A stretch of DNA of 64,000 nt from Gemmatimonadales bacterium (lineage in GTDB: Bacteria; Gemmatimonadota; Gemmatimonadetes; Gemmatimonadales; GWC2-71-9). Shown here one piece after another: positions 16,314-27,197 of the stretch. Every line of letters begins with the position of its first letter. The stretch's first letter is position 1. Position numbers and translations under genes: made by a program. A model generated the notes under the pieces. That model was not told the DNA's origin, searched no databases, and saw only the letters and a program-made list of their open reading frames with translations. The stretch lies in contig DATBSO010000050.1 in NCBI GenBank assembly GCA_036559745.1, positions 35,972 through 99,971 of the forward strand. The letters run 5' to 3'.

Positions 16314-17336
16314 TCACGCCCGCCGCAGGCGAGCCAGCGCCTCGGCGCCCGCACCTCCCTCGAGGGCATCCTGCGCCCGTTGCAGAGCCTGCTCGAGGGT
16401 CCATCCCCGCCCCGAGACGTAGAGCGCCGCTCCGGCATTGAGCAGCACTGCACACCGCTCCACCGCTTTCCCCCGCCCCGCCAGCACCGCTTCGATACGC
16501 GCCGCGTTCTCTGCCGGCTCTCCTCCCGCCAGTTCGGCCAGATCATGGCACTCGAGTCCGAGACTCGCCGGATCGATTTCCCTGCATCGCACCGCACCGT
16601 GTTCAACCTCCCACACAGCCGTGGAGCCCGAAGGACTCACCTCGTCCATCCCGACGGCGGCGTGAACCACCAGCGCATGGGTGGCCCCCAGTCTCGCGAG
16701 CGCGTGCGCCACGAGTGGCGCCCGTGCGGGATCGGCTACCCCGATCACCTGCCGGCCCGCCCCAGCGGGATTCGCCAACGGGCCGAGCAGATTCATGATG
16801 GTCGGGACACCGAGCTCCTTGCGGACTGGAGCCACGTGTCGCATTGCGGGGTGGTACGTTGGCGCGAAGAGAAAGACGATCCTGGTCTGACGCAGCACGG
16901 CCGCGGCACGATCGGGACCCATCGAGATATCGACACCGAGCGCCTCGAGCACATCCGCCGAGCCCGATCGCGAGGTGTAGCTGCGATTGCCGTGCTTGGC
17001 GACGGGGACACCGGCGCCCGCCACGACGAAAGCTGCGGCAGTCGAGAGATTGACCGTGCCGACTCGTCCGCCGCCAGTGCCGCACGTGTCCACGAGGAGG
17101 GCTGGCTCGTCGGACAGGACCCGGAGCATCGCGCCACGCAGTGCCGACGCGGCGCCCGCGACTTCCTCGGCGGTTTCTCCCTTGGCACGGAGACCCATCA
17201 GCAATGCGGCCGTCTGGGCCGCTGTCGCTTCCCCGCGCATCAGGACGCCGAACGCGTCCGCCGTCGCCTCCTCGGACAGCGAGGCCCCGCGGGCGAGTTC
17301 CTGGAGGGCCGAGCGGAGGGCTGCGTCCTGAGTCAC
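16314..17336 (-). CDS. trpD: Anthranilate phosphoribosyltransferase
   Basis: GLRAKGET.EE, VDTCGTGGG...NLSTAAAFV, AKHGNRS.TS.SGSADVLEALG. GTG 17336 gives about 340 aa and lies downstream of a TTGACA promoter. The stop is 1 nt from the lexA stop (convergent). Confidence 0.85.
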   Translation of the reverse strand: MTQDAALRSALQELARGASLSEEATADAFGVLMRGEATAAQTAALLMGLRAKGETAEEVAGAASALRGAMLRVLSDEPALLVDTCGTGGGRVGTVNLSTAAAFVVAGAGVPVAKHGNRSYTSRSGSADVLEALGVDISMGPDRAAAVLRQTRIVFLFAPTYHPAMRHVAPVRKELGVPTIMNLLGPLANPAGAGRQVIGVADPARAPLVAHALARLGATHALVVHAAVGMDEVSPSGSTAVWEVEHGAVRCREIDPASLGLECHDLAELAGGEPAENAARIEAVLAGRGKAVERCAVLLNAGAALYVSGRGWTLEQALQRAQDALEGGAGAEALARLRRA

Positions 17337-17380
17337 GGTGGTTCGCGGTTGTGGCAAGGGTGGCGGCGGAAGCGTCGGAA

Positions 17381-17419
17381 AGAGTACCCGAGAAGTGGCT
17401 CTTTTGTCAATCGTGACAA
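17381..17419. promoter_or_regulatory. trpD promoter candidate (minus strand: TTGACA 17410-17405, N18, TACTCT 17386-17381) embedded in the palindrome TTGTCA-ATCG-TGACAA (17404-17419)
   Basis: Hexamers and 6-bp inverted arms were read directly in the AT-richer trpD/truA divergent region. Confidence 0.35.
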
Positions 17420-17432
17420 GCATTTGCGTAGC

Positions 17433-17461
17433 TTGCTCGGGGGGTAGGTCAAGACTAGATT
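17433..17461 (+). promoter_or_regulatory. truA promoter candidate TTGCTC-N17-TAGATT; predicts a near-leaderless truA mRNA
   Basis: The -10 hexamer ends 8 nt before the truA ATG at 17470, and there is no Shine-Dalgarno sequence in between. Confidence 0.3.
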
Positions 17462-17469
17462 TCGCCCCG

Positions 17470-18276
17470 ATGAGCCGGACCTTCCTCGCCACCCTCCACT
17501 ACGACGGTACCGGGTTTGTCGGGTGGCAGCGCCAACCGGCAGGCCGGTCGGTTCAGGTCGAGTTCGAACGCGTGCTGGAGCGATTGTTCGAGCGCCGAAC
17601 CGTCGCCCACGCTTCGGGCCGGACCGACGCCGGCGTCCACGCGCTCGGCATCGGCGTGAGCTTCGAAGCACCGGCTCAGTGGGACGCACCCGACCTCCGC
17701 CGCTCCGTCAATGCATTGCTTCCGCGCGAGTGCTGGGTCGAGTCGGTCCACGTCATGCGTCCCGGTTTCCACGCCAGGAAGAGCGCGCTGTCTCGGCGCT
17801 ATCGCTACGACGTCGGACTCGACGACGGTGCTGCCTCGCCTTTCCGGCGCCCATTCGAATGGGCGCTGTGCCGGCCGCTCGACGTGGCCGCGCTGGACGA
17901 TGCCGCCACGCGACTGCTGGGAGCACACGACTTCTCCGCCTTTGCCGCCAAGGGCACTCCCCGGCCTCACTACCGCTGCACTCTGACACGCTCGGAGTGG
18001 ACTGTGCGCCCGGAGGGCCGCGGCGTCAGCTTCCATGTCGAGGCCGACCGGTTCCTGCACCACATGGTCCGCTTCATGGTGGGCACGATGGTGGACATCG
18101 GCGCCGGACGGCGCCCCGTCGATGATATCGAGCGGCTGCTCGCCAGCGGCGACAATCAGGAGACGAGTCCGCCTGCCCCGCCCCAGGGACTCTATTTCGT
18201 CGCCGCATCGTACCCTGCTGACCTGTACGCCGAATCGTCCGACGAGGAGGCGCATGCGCTGGCGCCCGGCCGGTAG
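17470..18276 (+). CDS. truA: tRNA pseudouridine(38-40) synthase
   Basis: Internal ATG (MSRTFLATLHYDGTGFVGWQRQ...). Contains ASGRTDAGVHA, RRYRY, FLHHMVR.MVG. Confidence 0.9.
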   Translation: MSRTFLATLHYDGTGFVGWQRQPAGRSVQVEFERVLERLFERRTVAHASGRTDAGVHALGIGVSFEAPAQWDAPDLRRSVNALLPRECWVESVHVMRPGFHARKSALSRRYRYDVGLDDGAASPFRRPFEWALCRPLDVAALDDAATRLLGAHDFSAFAAKGTPRPHYRCTLTRSEWTVRPEGRGVSFHVEADRFLHHMVRFMVGTMVDIGAGRRPVDDIERLLASGDNQETSPPAPPQGLYFVAASYPADLYAESSDEEAHALAPGR

Positions 18277-19714
18277 CGCCCTCCTGATCGCCGGCGTCGC
18301 GGTCGCCGGCTGCCGCGACTCCGAGCCTCGCGAGAGCGCGATGGCGGTAGCTCGGGCGGAAGCACAGGGGACGGCTACGACGTCCACCCGACCAGCCGCC
18401 GCCCCACGCAACACACCGGGGGATGTGCAGCGATCCGTCGGAGACTCCCGACGCACAGCCCTCGTTGCCGCGGCCGAGCGCGCCTCCGCGGCAGTCGTCT
18501 CCATCAACGTGACGTCGCGCCGGGAAGCCCCGGCGAGGTCACCGTGGGATTTCTTCTTCGTCCCCGAGGGTGCGCGCCTGGTTCAGGGGTACGGCACCGG
18601 ATTCGCCGTCCGGGCCAACGGCATCATCCTCACCAACCAGCACGTGGTCGCCAACGCCGAAAAGGTCGTGGTCACCCTGTCGGACGGCAGCGACCTCCCC
18701 GCGCGGGTGCTGGGAGAGGATCCGCTCACCGACATCGCGGTCCTCAAGGTCGATCGCCAGGGCCTCAGCACCATCGTGCCGGGCCGGAGCACGGACCTCA
18801 TGATCGGGGAATGGGTGGTGGCGCTCGGCAATCCCTACGCCTACCTCCTCGGCAACGCGGAGCCGACGGTCACGGTGGGGGTGGTGAGCGCCGCGGGACG
18901 CAACATCCTGCCGAGCGGTGAGCAAACGGGCCTCTACCTCGACATGATCCAGACCGATGCCGCGATCAATCCCGGCAACTCCGGCGGCCCGCTCACCAAC
19001 GCGCTCGGGGAAGTCGTCGGCGTGAACTCCTCGATCTTCAGCAACAGCGGCGGGTCCGTCGGGCTCGGGTTCGCCATCCCGATCGAGCGAGCGCTGCGCG
19101 TCGCCGACGAGATCATCAAGACCGGAACGGTCCGACGTGCGTGGGTCGGCCTCGAGGTCGAGGGCGCGGCGGCCATGCGAAACTGGAAGAGCCAGGGCGG
19201 CGTGGTGGTCGCGTCAGTGGCGCCGGATGGGCCCGCCGCGCGAGCCGGCGTGCGGCAGGGCGATGTCATGGAGCAGGCCAACGGGCGCCGGCTGCGAAAC
19301 TATCTCGATTGGGAAGCGGTCAAGCTCGATCTGCACGTGGGCGACGGCGTGGACCTCACGCTCAAGAGCGGCGGGCGCGCCGGCGCGCGACGGATCGTCA
19401 CCGGCGATCTCCCGACGGTGACCGCGGAGAAGTACACCGTCCTCCAGGAGCTGCAGCTCGTCACCCTGACGCCGTCCATTCAGGCGGAGCGTGGAATTCG
19501 GAGCGAGCACGGCGCGCTCATCTTCAAGATCTCGGCGCAGGTCAGCCGGGCGACCGGACTCCAGGAGGGCGATGCGATCGTCGCCATCAACCGGAATCCC
19601 GTGCGCGCCGCCGATCAGGTCGAGGAGCTGATGAATGTCCGGGCCGGCCAACTCCTCCGGGTGTACTTCGAGCGAGGTGGGCAGATTTCCTTCACCGACC
19701 TCGCGTTCCGATGA
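18254..19714 (+). CDS. HtrA/DegP-family serine protease with two PDZ domains, probable lipoprotein
   Basis: Internal ATG preceded by GAGGAGG. Lipobox LIAGVAVAGC. Catalytic TNQHVV ... D ... GNSGGPL, followed by two PDZ-like segments. Overlaps the truA 3' end by 23 nt. Confidence 0.85.
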   Translation: MRWRPAGSALLIAGVAVAGCRDSEPRESAMAVARAEAQGTATTSTRPAAAPRNTPGDVQRSVGDSRRTALVAAAERASAAVVSINVTSRREAPARSPWDFFFVPEGARLVQGYGTGFAVRANGIILTNQHVVANAEKVVVTLSDGSDLPARVLGEDPLTDIAVLKVDRQGLSTIVPGRSTDLMIGEWVVALGNPYAYLLGNAEPTVTVGVVSAAGRNILPSGEQTGLYLDMIQTDAAINPGNSGGPLTNALGEVVGVNSSIFSNSGGSVGLGFAIPIERALRVADEIIKTGTVRRAWVGLEVEGAAAMRNWKSQGGVVVASVAPDGPAARAGVRQGDVMEQANGRRLRNYLDWEAVKLDLHVGDGVDLTLKSGGRAGARRIVTGDLPTVTAEKYTVLQELQLVTLTPSIQAERGIRSEHGALIFKISAQVSRATGLQEGDAIVAINRNPVRAADQVEELMNVRAGQLLRVYFERGGQISFTDLAFR

Positions 19715-21153
19715 CCGACGACGACCGCTGGCGCTCACCGCTCGGCACGCGGTATGCCTCCCCGGCGATGCAGAGTCTCTGGGGCGAGCAGCATCGCGTC
19801 GCGTTGTGGCGGCGATTGTGGCTGGCGCTCGCCGAGGCGGAGCGCGAGGTCGGGCTCGACATCCCGGAAGACGCGCTGGCGCAGATGCGGGCGCACCTCG
19901 ACGACGCAGACCTCGCCGCCGCGGCGCGGTTCGAGCGCCGTTTCCGCCACGATGTGATGGCCCACATCCACGCCTTCGGGGAGCAAACCCCGGCCGCGCG
20001 GCCGTATCTCCATCTCGGCGCCACCAGCGCGTTCGTCACCGACAACGCCGATCTTCTGGTGATGCGTGATGGCCTCCGCCTCCTGCTGGGCCGGATCATC
20101 GCTGTCCTCAGCGCCCTCGAGGGATTCGCGGTTCGGAACGCGGCCCTCCCCTGCCTCGCGTACACCCATTTCCAGCCTGCCCAGCTCACGACCGTCGGAA
20201 AACGGGCGACGCTGTGGATGCAGGACTTCGCGCTCGACGTCGAGGAGCTGTCCCACCGCCTCGAGACGCTTCGCTTCCGTGGTTGTCAGGGCACCACCGG
20301 GACCCAGGCCGCCTTTCTCGAGCTTCTCGGCGGCGACCACCGCAAGGTGCGCGACCTCGAGCGCCGGGTCACGGCCAAGATGGGTTTCGCGTCGCAGTTC
20401 GCGGTGACCGGGCAGACCTATCCCCGGAAGACCGACAGCATGGTGCTCGACGCGTTGAGCGGGATCGCGCAATCAGCCGCGAAGATGTCGGGTGATCTCC
20501 GGCTGCTGCAGCACGAGGGCGAGGTGCTCGAGCCATTCGAGTCCGAGCAGATCGGCTCCAGCGCGATGGCGTACAAGCGGAACCCGATGCGCGCCGAGCG
20601 AATTGCCGGCTTGGCCCGGTTCGTCATTTCCCTCCAGGCCAACGGCCCCCACACCGCCGCGGGCCAGTGGCTGGAGCGAACGCTCGATGACAGCGCCAAC
20701 CGGCGGCTCTCACTCCCCGAGGCGTTTCTCGGGACGGACGCAATCCTCGTCCTCGCGGCGAACATCGCCGCGGGGCTCGAAGTCCGCGAGGACGTGATCC
20801 GCCGGCACGTGGACGAGCAGATGCCCTTCATGGTGACCGAGCGTTGCCTCATGCTCGGCGTCGCGGCAGGCGGGGATCGACAGACTCTGCACGAGGTGAT
20901 CCGCCGACACAGCCTCGCGGTGGCGGAGGCGGTGAGCCGAGGAGCCGGGAACGACCTGCTCGCCCGGTTGAGCGGCGACCCGGCGTTCAGCGCCGTGGCC
21001 GTGGACGCCCTGCGCGCGGAGCTCGATCCCACTACGTACACCGGCCGAGCCGCGCAGCAGGTGGGAGAGTTCCTGACGGAGTATCTGCGTCCGCTGCTCG
21101 AGCGCGCGCGTCCGCTCGCGTCCGAAGCGTCGGCCGCCGAGGTGGGGGTATGA
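19711..21153 (+). CDS. purB: Adenylosuccinate lyase
   Basis: Internal ATG ([24 protein letters not shown]...). Contains [17 protein letters not shown] overlap with the htrA stop. Confidence 0.9.
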   Translation: MTDDDRWRSPLGTRYASPAMQSLWGEQHRVALWRRLWLALAEAEREVGLDIPEDALAQMRAHLDDADLAAAARFERRFRHDVMAHIHAFGEQTPAARPYLHLGATSAFVTDNADLLVMRDGLRLLLGRIIAVLSALEGFAVRNAALPCLAYTHFQPAQLTTVGKRATLWMQDFALDVEELSHRLETLRFRGCQGTTGTQAAFLELLGGDHRKVRDLERRVTAKMGFASQFAVTGQTYPRKTDSMVLDALSGIAQSAAKMSGDLRLLQHEGEVLEPFESEQIGSSAMAYKRNPMRAERIAGLARFVISLQANGPHTAAGQWLERTLDDSANRRLSLPEAFLGTDAILVLAANIAAGLEVREDVIRRHVDEQMPFMVTERCLMLGVAAGGDRQTLHEVIRRHSLAVAEAVSRGAGNDLLARLSGDPAFSAVAVDALRAELDPTTYTGRAAQQVGEFLTEYLRPLLERARPLASEASAAEVGV

Positions 21154-22070
21154 CGGCGCTGGCCGAGAGCCGACTGCCGCTTCCCCTGCTGAGGCGGGGA
21201 AAGGTGCGGGAGGTGTACGAGGTGGATGCCGACCACCTGCTCCTCGTGGCGAGTGACCGGGTGAGCGCGTTCGACGTCGTGATGCGCGAGCCGATCCCCC
21301 ACAAGGGAACGGTGCTTACCCAGATCAGCGCATTCTGGTTCCACCGGCTCGCGGGTGTGTTCCCTTCCCACTTCCTGACGGCCGATGGCGCCGACATCGT
21401 GGCGCGGATTCCCGCGCTGCGCGGTCGTGCAGGCGAGGTGGCGGGGAGAGCGATGCTGGTCCGTCGCACCGTGCCGGTGGCGTTCGAGTGTGTCGTACGG
21501 GGGTACCTCTCCGGATCCGCCTGGGCTGAATACCGAAAGTCCGGCACGCTCGCGGGCGAGCCGCTGCCGGCGGGTTTGCGTGAGAGCGATGTGCTCGAGC
21601 CGCCGCTCTTCTCTCCTGCCACCAAAGCGGAGACCGGACACGATGAGAACGTGACCTTCGAGCGCGTGGCCGCCGCGCTGGGGCATCCGTTCGCCGCCCG
21701 CCTCCGAGACGCCAGTTTTGCCGTGTATCGCGCGGGCCGCGATTACGCGATCGCGCATGGAATCATCATCGCGGATACCAAGTTCGAGTTCGGAAGCGAC
21801 CGCGAGGGGAACCTGCTGCTGATCGACGAGGTCATGACGCCCGACTCGTCCCGGTTCTGGCCGGCCGACCGTTACCAGCCCGGGCGGACCCAGCCAAGCT
21901 TCGACAAGCAACCGCTGCGAGATTACCTCGCCGGCCTGCGCACCGAGGGACGTTGGAATGGGGAGGCGCCCCCGCCGGAGCTTCCGCCCGAAGTGGTCGA
22001 GGCCACGAGCCTCCGCTACCTCGAGGCGTATCGCCGCCTGACGGGGCACGCGCTCGAGATCGGATCGTGA
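21150..22070 (+). CDS. purC: Phosphoribosylaminoimidazole-succinocarboxamide synthase
   Basis: GKVREVYEV...[40 protein letters not shown] overlap with the purB stop. Confidence 0.9.
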   Translation: MTALAESRLPLPLLRRGKVREVYEVDADHLLLVASDRVSAFDVVMREPIPHKGTVLTQISAFWFHRLAGVFPSHFLTADGADIVARIPALRGRAGEVAGRAMLVRRTVPVAFECVVRGYLSGSAWAEYRKSGTLAGEPLPAGLRESDVLEPPLFSPATKAETGHDENVTFERVAAALGHPFAARLRDASFAVYRAGRDYAIAHGIIIADTKFEFGSDREGNLLLIDEVMTPDSSRFWPADRYQPGRTQPSFDKQPLRDYLAGLRTEGRWNGEAPPPELPPEVVEATSLRYLEAYRRLTGHALEIGS

Positions 22071-22717
22071 TTCGAACCGCGCCCGAAGGGCGCTGGTTCA
22101 TCATCGGTGCGTGGGCAGTCGCGGTGTTATTGCTCGTGGTCGCCGTGCGGTCCGGCGGACTGGGGTGGTGGATCGTTGCCGGGATCTGGACGGCGCTCGC
22201 GGTGTGGGTCGTCGCCTTCTTCCGCGACCCCGAGCGATCCTGGACTCGGGGACCGGGCTTGGTCGCCGCGCCCGCGGACGGCAAGGTCGTGAGCGTGGTC
22301 GAGACGGACGAGCCGGCCTTCTTCGGCGAGCGGACGGTCCGCATTTCGATCTTCATGAACGTGTTCGACTGTCACGTGAACCGGTATCCGGCCGATGGCA
22401 CCGTCCGGTACAGGCACTACAATCCCGGCGCGTTCGGCCATGCCGGCGCCGAAAAGGCGAGTCTCAGCAATGAGCAGTGCTCGATCGGGCTCGAGACCGG
22501 ACACGGGAAGATGCTGATCCGGCAGATCGCCGGGTTGATAGCGCGCCGGATCGTCACCGACCATCAGGTCGGAACGGCGGTGCGACAGGGCGAGCGGATG
22601 GGAATGATCCGCTTCGGCTCGCGGGTAGACCTCTTTCTCCCCGTGGGGACCCGGGTGCTCGTCAAATCCGGGGATACCACGCGGGTGGGAGTCACGGTGG
22701 TGGCTGAATGGAGCTGA
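22067..22717 (+). CDS. psd: Phosphatidylserine decarboxylase proenzyme (short, membrane-anchored type)
   Basis: GTG start in a GTGA overlap with the purC stop. Two TM helices, then ADGKVV...[15 protein letters not shown], and the self-cleavage-type motif FGSRVDL. Confidence 0.8.
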   Translation: MIRTAPEGRWFIIGAWAVAVLLLVVAVRSGGLGWWIVAGIWTALAVWVVAFFRDPERSWTRGPGLVAAPADGKVVSVVETDEPAFFGERTVRISIFMNVFDCHVNRYPADGTVRYRHYNPGAFGHAGAEKASLSNEQCSIGLETGHGKMLIRQIAGLIARRIVTDHQVGTAVRQGERMGMIRFGSRVDLFLPVGTRVLVKSGDTTRVGVTVVAEWS

Positions 22718-23592
22718 TTCCGCGACGGGACCGACTGCGCCGCCCGACGATGCGTCAGGTCGTGGTGGTGATGCCGAGCGCGTTCACCCTCGGCAACCTG
22801 TTCTTCGGGTTCTGGGCCATCGTCTCCGCGTTCAACGGGAACTTCAAGTGGGCGGGATGGTTCATCGTCTTCTCCGGCATCCTCGACATGTTGGACGGCC
22901 GGGTCGCCCGACTGTCGAACACCGGGTCCCGTTTCGGCGCGGAGCTCGATTCCCTCGTCGACGTCATCTCGTTCGGCGTGGCTCCAGCACTGCTGATCTA
23001 CTTTCTCGACTTTGCCAGCGCCGGGCGCTTCGCGTGGATCCTGTCGTACATCTACGTGACGGCGGTGGCGCTGCGTCTGGCGCGGTTCAACGTCCTCTCG
23101 GCGGGCAAGCCTTCCACCGGATGGTTTACCGGAATGCCGTCGCCCGCCGCGGGCATGACGCTCGCCGTGTACTACCCGTTCAGCCAGACCGAATGGTACC
23201 GCGCGTCGATCGCCTATCTCGACCTGCAGCACCAGGGGCTCGTCGTTCTGGTCCTGCTGCTGGCCCTGTTGATGGTGAGCAATGTCCGGTATCCCAAGTT
23301 CCCACCCATAGGCCTCCGGACCGCCAAGGGAATCTTCGGCTTGCTGGTGCATCTCACCATCCTGGTCGGCGGGATACTCTTCCCGTCGACGTTCCTGTTT
23401 CCGCTGGGGCTCTTCTACATGACGTTCGGCGTCTCCCGCGCTCTCGTGCTCGGTCTCATGGAACGGCCGGAGCCGGTCGCGGAGGGCCCTCCGGCCACCG
23501 AGGAGCCTCCCCCTCAAGCCGCCTCCGCGCCGCTCGGCCCCGAGCGCCGCACGGGGTGGATCGACCGGCGCCCGCCGCCGGAGGACCGATGA
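22708..23592 (+). CDS. pssA: CDP-diacylglycerol--serine O-phosphatidyltransferase
   Basis: CDP-alcohol phosphotransferase motif: DMLDGRVAR...[17 protein letters not shown]. Multiple TM helices. Confidence 0.85.
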   Translation: MELIPRRDRLRRPTMRQVVVVMPSAFTLGNLFFGFWAIVSAFNGNFKWAGWFIVFSGILDMLDGRVARLSNTGSRFGAELDSLVDVISFGVAPALLIYFLDFASAGRFAWILSYIYVTAVALRLARFNVLSAGKPSTGWFTGMPSPAAGMTLAVYYPFSQTEWYRASIAYLDLQHQGLVVLVLLLALLMVSNVRYPKFPPIGLRTAKGIFGLLVHLTILVGGILFPSTFLFPLGLFYMTFGVSRALVLGLMERPEPVAEGPPATEEPPPQAASAPLGPERRTGWIDRRPPPEDR

Positions 23593-23840
23593 GCTTCCGT
23601 GTACACGTCCGCGTCATGCCTCGGGGCGGTCTCCTGGATCCGCAGGGCCAGGCGGTGGAACACGCACTGTCGGCGCTGGGCTTCGCCGAGGCGGGTGACG
23701 TCCGCGTGGGCAGGGCCATCGAGCTGAACGTGCGTGCCCCAACCCGCGGTGACGCCGAGGCCCGGGTCCGGCAGATGTGCGACAAGCTGCTCGCCAATCC
23801 GGTGACGGAGGATTACCTCCTCACGGTCGAGGAGGCCTGA
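23589..23840 (+). CDS. purS: Phosphoribosylformylglycinamidine synthase subunit PurS
   Basis: 83 aa: [26 protein letters not shown]...[14 protein letters not shown] overlap with the pssA stop. Confidence 0.85.
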   Translation: MSFRVHVRVMPRGGLLDPQGQAVEHALSALGFAEAGDVRVGRAIELNVRAPTRGDAEARVRQMCDKLLANPVTEDYLLTVEEA

Positions 23841-24562
23841 TGGTTCGGGTCGCGGTGGTCCGCTTCCCCGGCAGCAACTGCGATGTCGACGCGTTGCGCG
23901 CGGTCGAGCAGCAGGGCGCGGAGGCCTACTTCGTCTGGCACCGCGACACCCAGCTCCACGGGGCCGACGTCGTGATTCTCCCAGGCGGATTCAGCTACGG
24001 GGATTACCTCCGCTCCGGTGCGATCGCCCGCTTCAGTCCCGTCATGCAGGCTGTGCAGCGCCACGCGGCCGCGGGGGGACCGGTGCTCGGCATCTGTAAC
24101 GGGTTCCAGATTCTCTGCGAGGCGCATCTCCTTCCCGGTGCGCTGCTGCGAAACGCGGGGCTCACGTTTGTCTCCAAGCCGGTGGATGTGACCGTCGAGC
24201 GAACCTCCACGGCCTTCACTTCGGCGTACGCCCGCGGGAGTGTGCTCCGGCTGCCCGTGGCCCACGGCGACGGCCGCTTCGTGGCGTCGGAGGACACGCT
24301 GCGCATGCTCGAGGCGGAAGGCCGCGTCGTGCTGCGGTATGTCGAGGCCAGCGAAGGGTCGCCGCTGCAGCCCAATCCAAATGGGTCCGCCAACCACATC
24401 GCCGGCATCTGCAACCCTTCCGGAACGGTCGTCGGTATCATGCCCCACCCCGAGCGCGCCGCTGGTTCGCTCGTGGGATGCCTGGATGGAGCCGGTTTCT
24501 TCGCGTCCCTGGCTGCACTGCAGCCCCTGACTTCCCCCACGTCCACCACGCCCGAGCGATGA
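23840..24562 (+). CDS. purQ: Phosphoribosylformylglycinamidine synthase glutaminase subunit PurQ
   Basis: VAVVRFPGSNCD, LPGGFSYGDYLR, GICNGFQIL, MPHPER. TGATG junction with purS. Confidence 0.9.
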   Translation: MVRVAVVRFPGSNCDVDALRAVEQQGAEAYFVWHRDTQLHGADVVILPGGFSYGDYLRSGAIARFSPVMQAVQRHAAAGGPVLGICNGFQILCEAHLLPGALLRNAGLTFVSKPVDVTVERTSTAFTSAYARGSVLRLPVAHGDGRFVASEDTLRMLEAEGRVVLRYVEASEGSPLQPNPNGSANHIAGICNPSGTVVGIMPHPERAAGSLVGCLDGAGFFASLAALQPLTSPTSTTPER

Positions 24563-24885
24563 GCACCGACAAGCCAAGCCACAACGAGGACGAGTACTTC
24601 GTCAAGCAGGACGCCGAGCTGATCAAGCGCCAGCGCCAGCTCGCCGAGAGCGCCGCCATCGAGAGCGAGCGCAAGACGCATTACATGAAGTGTCCCAAGG
24701 ACGGCTACGATCTGGCGACCAGCACCTACCACGGCGTCCAAATCGAGACCTGTCCCCACTGCGGCGGCATGTGGCTCGATGCCGGCGAGATCGACGCCGT
24801 GGCCCATGAAGACCGGCCCGCCCTCTTCACCCGGGTGTTGTCGGACGCCTTCTCGAGCCTGCGCGGGACTCGGCGGCGTTCATGA
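24559..24885 (+). CDS. Small TFIIB-type zinc-ribbon protein (CPxx...CPHCGG)
   Basis: [18 protein letters not shown]...[10 protein letters not shown]...[24 protein letters not shown] overlaps at both ends, with the purQ stop and the purL start. Confidence 0.6.
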   Translation: MSTDKPSHNEDEYFVKQDAELIKRQRQLAESAAIESERKTHYMKCPKDGYDLATSTYHGVQIETCPHCGGMWLDAGEIDAVAHEDRPALFTRVLSDAFSSLRGTRRRS

Positions 24886-27194
24886 CCGGTTCTGCCCTCG
24901 CGGGAGCGACCGAGGCGTTCTCCTTCGCGGGAGAGCGCGCGGTTACGCCCGAGGTCGTTCGGGAGCACAACCTCAACGAGCTCGAGTACGGCCGCATCCT
25001 CGAGATGCTCGGCCGTGCGCCGACCCTGACGGAGCTCGGCGTTTTCTCCGCCCTATGGTCGGAGCATTGCAGCTATAAGCACTCGAGGCCCGTCCTCAAG
25101 ACCTTTCCGACGACCGGCGCCCACGTGGTCCAAGGCCCCGGAGAGAATGCCGGCGTATTGCGGCTGCCGGAGGGATGGGCCGTCGCCTTCAAGATCGAGT
25201 CGCACAATCACCCATCAGCGGTGGAGCCGTATCAGGGCGCAGCCACCGGCGTCGGGGGAATTCTCCGCGACGTCTTCACGATGGGCGCGCGTCCGGTCGC
25301 GGTGCTCAACAGTCTTCGGTTCGGGCCGCTGGACGTGCCGCGCAACCGCTACCTCCTGGCGGGGGTAGTCCGCGGCGTCGGCGATTACGGCAATTGCGTC
25401 GGCATCCCGACGCTGGGCGGCGAGGTCGGGTTCGCGGAGGGGTACACCGGGAACCCACTGGTCAATGCGATGTGCGTGGGACTGCTCAGGGAATCGGAGC
25501 TGATCCGTGCCGCGGCGCACGGTGTCGGGAATATTCTGCTCTGCGTGGGATCACGGACCGGACGCGATGGGATTCACGGCGCCAGCTTCGCATCGGAGGA
25601 GCTCTCCGCGAAGAGCGAGGCCCGGCGCCCGCAGGTACAGGTCGGCGACCCTTTCACCGAAAAGCTCCTCCTGGAAGCAAGCCTCGAGCTGATCACGGGT
25701 CGGCTCATCGTGGCCATTCAGGACATGGGCGCGGCCGGCCTCACGAGCTCGAGCGCCGAGATGGCCGCCCGGGGTGGCGTCGGTGTGGAGATCGACACGG
25801 CTCTCGTGCCGACGCGCGAAGCCGGGATGACGCCATACGAGATTCTGCTTTCGGAGTCGCAGGAGCGGATGCTGGTCGTCGCCGAGCCCGCGCGCGTCGC
25901 GGAGGTCCAGGCGGTGTGCGCCCGCTGGGAATTGTCCGCCACCCCCATCGGGCGCGTCACCGACGACGGAATTTTCCGGGTGCGGCACGAGGGTCTCGTC
26001 GTCGCCGCGATCCCGGGCCAGCGTCTTGTGGAAGATTGCCCGGTATACAACCCCGAGGCGCGCGAATCGAGCGCCGCCCGAGACCGCCGAAGCGCCGCTC
26101 CGTCGCTCCCTCCCTCGGCCGATCTGCGCGGGGCACTCGAGATTCTTCTCGACAGCCCGACCATCGCGAGCAAGCGGTGGATGTACGAACAGTTCGACTC
26201 GACGGTCCAGGCCTCGACCGTCCTGGGCCCGGGCGGCGACGCCGGCGTCATCGCGGTGCCGGGGACGGGGTTCGGGATCGCGGTCACGGTGGACTGCAAC
26301 AACCGACTCGTGGGGCTCGATCCATACGAGGGGGGCAAGGCGACGGTGGCGGAGGCCGCGCGCAACGTGGCCTGCACCGGCGCCCGCCCGCTCGGCATCA
26401 CCGACTGCCTCAACTTCGGGAACCCCGAGAAACCCGAGGTGTTTCATCAGTTCGTGGAAGCGTGTCGCGGCATCGCTGACGCCTGCCGGGCGTTCGACAC
26501 GCCGGTCACCGGCGGTAACGTGTCCTTCTACAACGAGAGCCCTACGGGTGCGGTCGATCCCACCCCGACGGTGGGCATGGTGGGCTTGCTGGAACAGTCC
26601 AAGGACCGCGTCGCCAGCCACTTCAAGTCGTCCGGCGATGAGATCTTCGTCCTGGGAGAGACCCGTGGCACGCTCGGCGGATCCGCCTACTGGGCGGAGA
26701 TCCGGGCGTTCATCGGCGGGAAGCCCGCGATAGTGGACCTCGACGCGGAGCTTCGACTCCAGCGGCTGCTCGTAGCGGCGGCGGGACAGCGCGTTCTCCG
26801 GTCAGCGCACGACTGCTCCGACGGCGGACTCCTCGTCGCACTGGCGGAGGCGGCCATCGGCGGACCCTACGCGCTCGAGGGACTGGGCGCGACCTGCGAC
26901 TTGAGCGATTACGCCGACGGCCTGGCGGCCGAGGGGCTACTGTACGGTGAGGACGGCGCCCGCGCGGTCGTCTCCTGCGCCGCCCATGATGTCGATCGGC
27001 TCGCGGCGCTCTGCCGTGAACACGGGGTGCCGGCCTTCCGGGCGGGGCGAGTCGGTCGTCCGTCAGAGGACCTTCGCGTAACCGCCGCTGGACAGTCGCT
27101 CACATGGAGCGTCGAGGCATTGCGGAAGATCTACTTCGAGGCCATTCCCCGTCGGATGCGACATCCCGACGTGGATCGGTCGGCGGGAGCATAA
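24882..27194 (+). CDS. purL: Phosphoribosylformylglycinamidine synthase subunit PurL
   Basis: [37 protein letters not shown]. Confidence 0.92.
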   Translation: MTGSALAGATEAFSFAGERAVTPEVVREHNLNELEYGRILEMLGRAPTLTELGVFSALWSEHCSYKHSRPVLKTFPTTGAHVVQGPGENAGVLRLPEGWAVAFKIESHNHPSAVEPYQGAATGVGGILRDVFTMGARPVAVLNSLRFGPLDVPRNRYLLAGVVRGVGDYGNCVGIPTLGGEVGFAEGYTGNPLVNAMCVGLLRESELIRAAAHGVGNILLCVGSRTGRDGIHGASFASEELSAKSEARRPQVQVGDPFTEKLLLEASLELITGRLIVAIQDMGAAGLTSSSAEMAARGGVGVEIDTALVPTREAGMTPYEILLSESQERMLVVAEPARVAEVQAVCARWELSATPIGRVTDDGIFRVRHEGLVVAAIPGQRLVEDCPVYNPEARESSAARDRRSAAPSLPPSADLRGALEILLDSPTIASKRWMYEQFDSTVQASTVLGPGGDAGVIAVPGTGFGIAVTVDCNNRLVGLDPYEGGKATVAEAARNVACTGARPLGITDCLNFGNPEKPEVFHQFVEACRGIADACRAFDTPVTGGNVSFYNESPTGAVDPTPTVGMVGLLEQSKDRVASHFKSSGDEIFVLGETRGTLGGSAYWAEIRAFIGGKPAIVDLDAELRLQRLLVAAAGQRVLRSAHDCSDGGLLVALAEAAIGGPYALEGLGATCDLSDYADGLAAEGLLYGEDGARAVVSCAAHDVDRLAALCREHGVPAFRAGRVGRPSEDLRVTAAGQSLTWSVEALRKIYFEAIPRRMRHPDVDRSAGA

Positions 27195-27197
27195 ACG

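Noticed and set aside
17337-17469. A Trp leader peptide or attenuator upstream of trpD, and T-box or other leaders before hisS and proS.
   Set aside because: There is no short ORF with tandem TGG codons and no terminator/antiterminator pair. The leader is only about 45 nt. Nothing T-box-like occurs upstream of the aaRS genes.
19141-19710. The N-terminal 190-aa extension of purB given by the track ORF (19141..21153), and similar 5' extensions of guaA, lysA, ald, mreB, trpC, hisS, purK, htrA and others.
   Set aside because: The extensions overlap the preceding conserved genes out of frame and are low-complexity. Internal ATG or GTG codons sit exactly at the stop codon of the upstream gene and give protein lengths and N-termini typical of each family.
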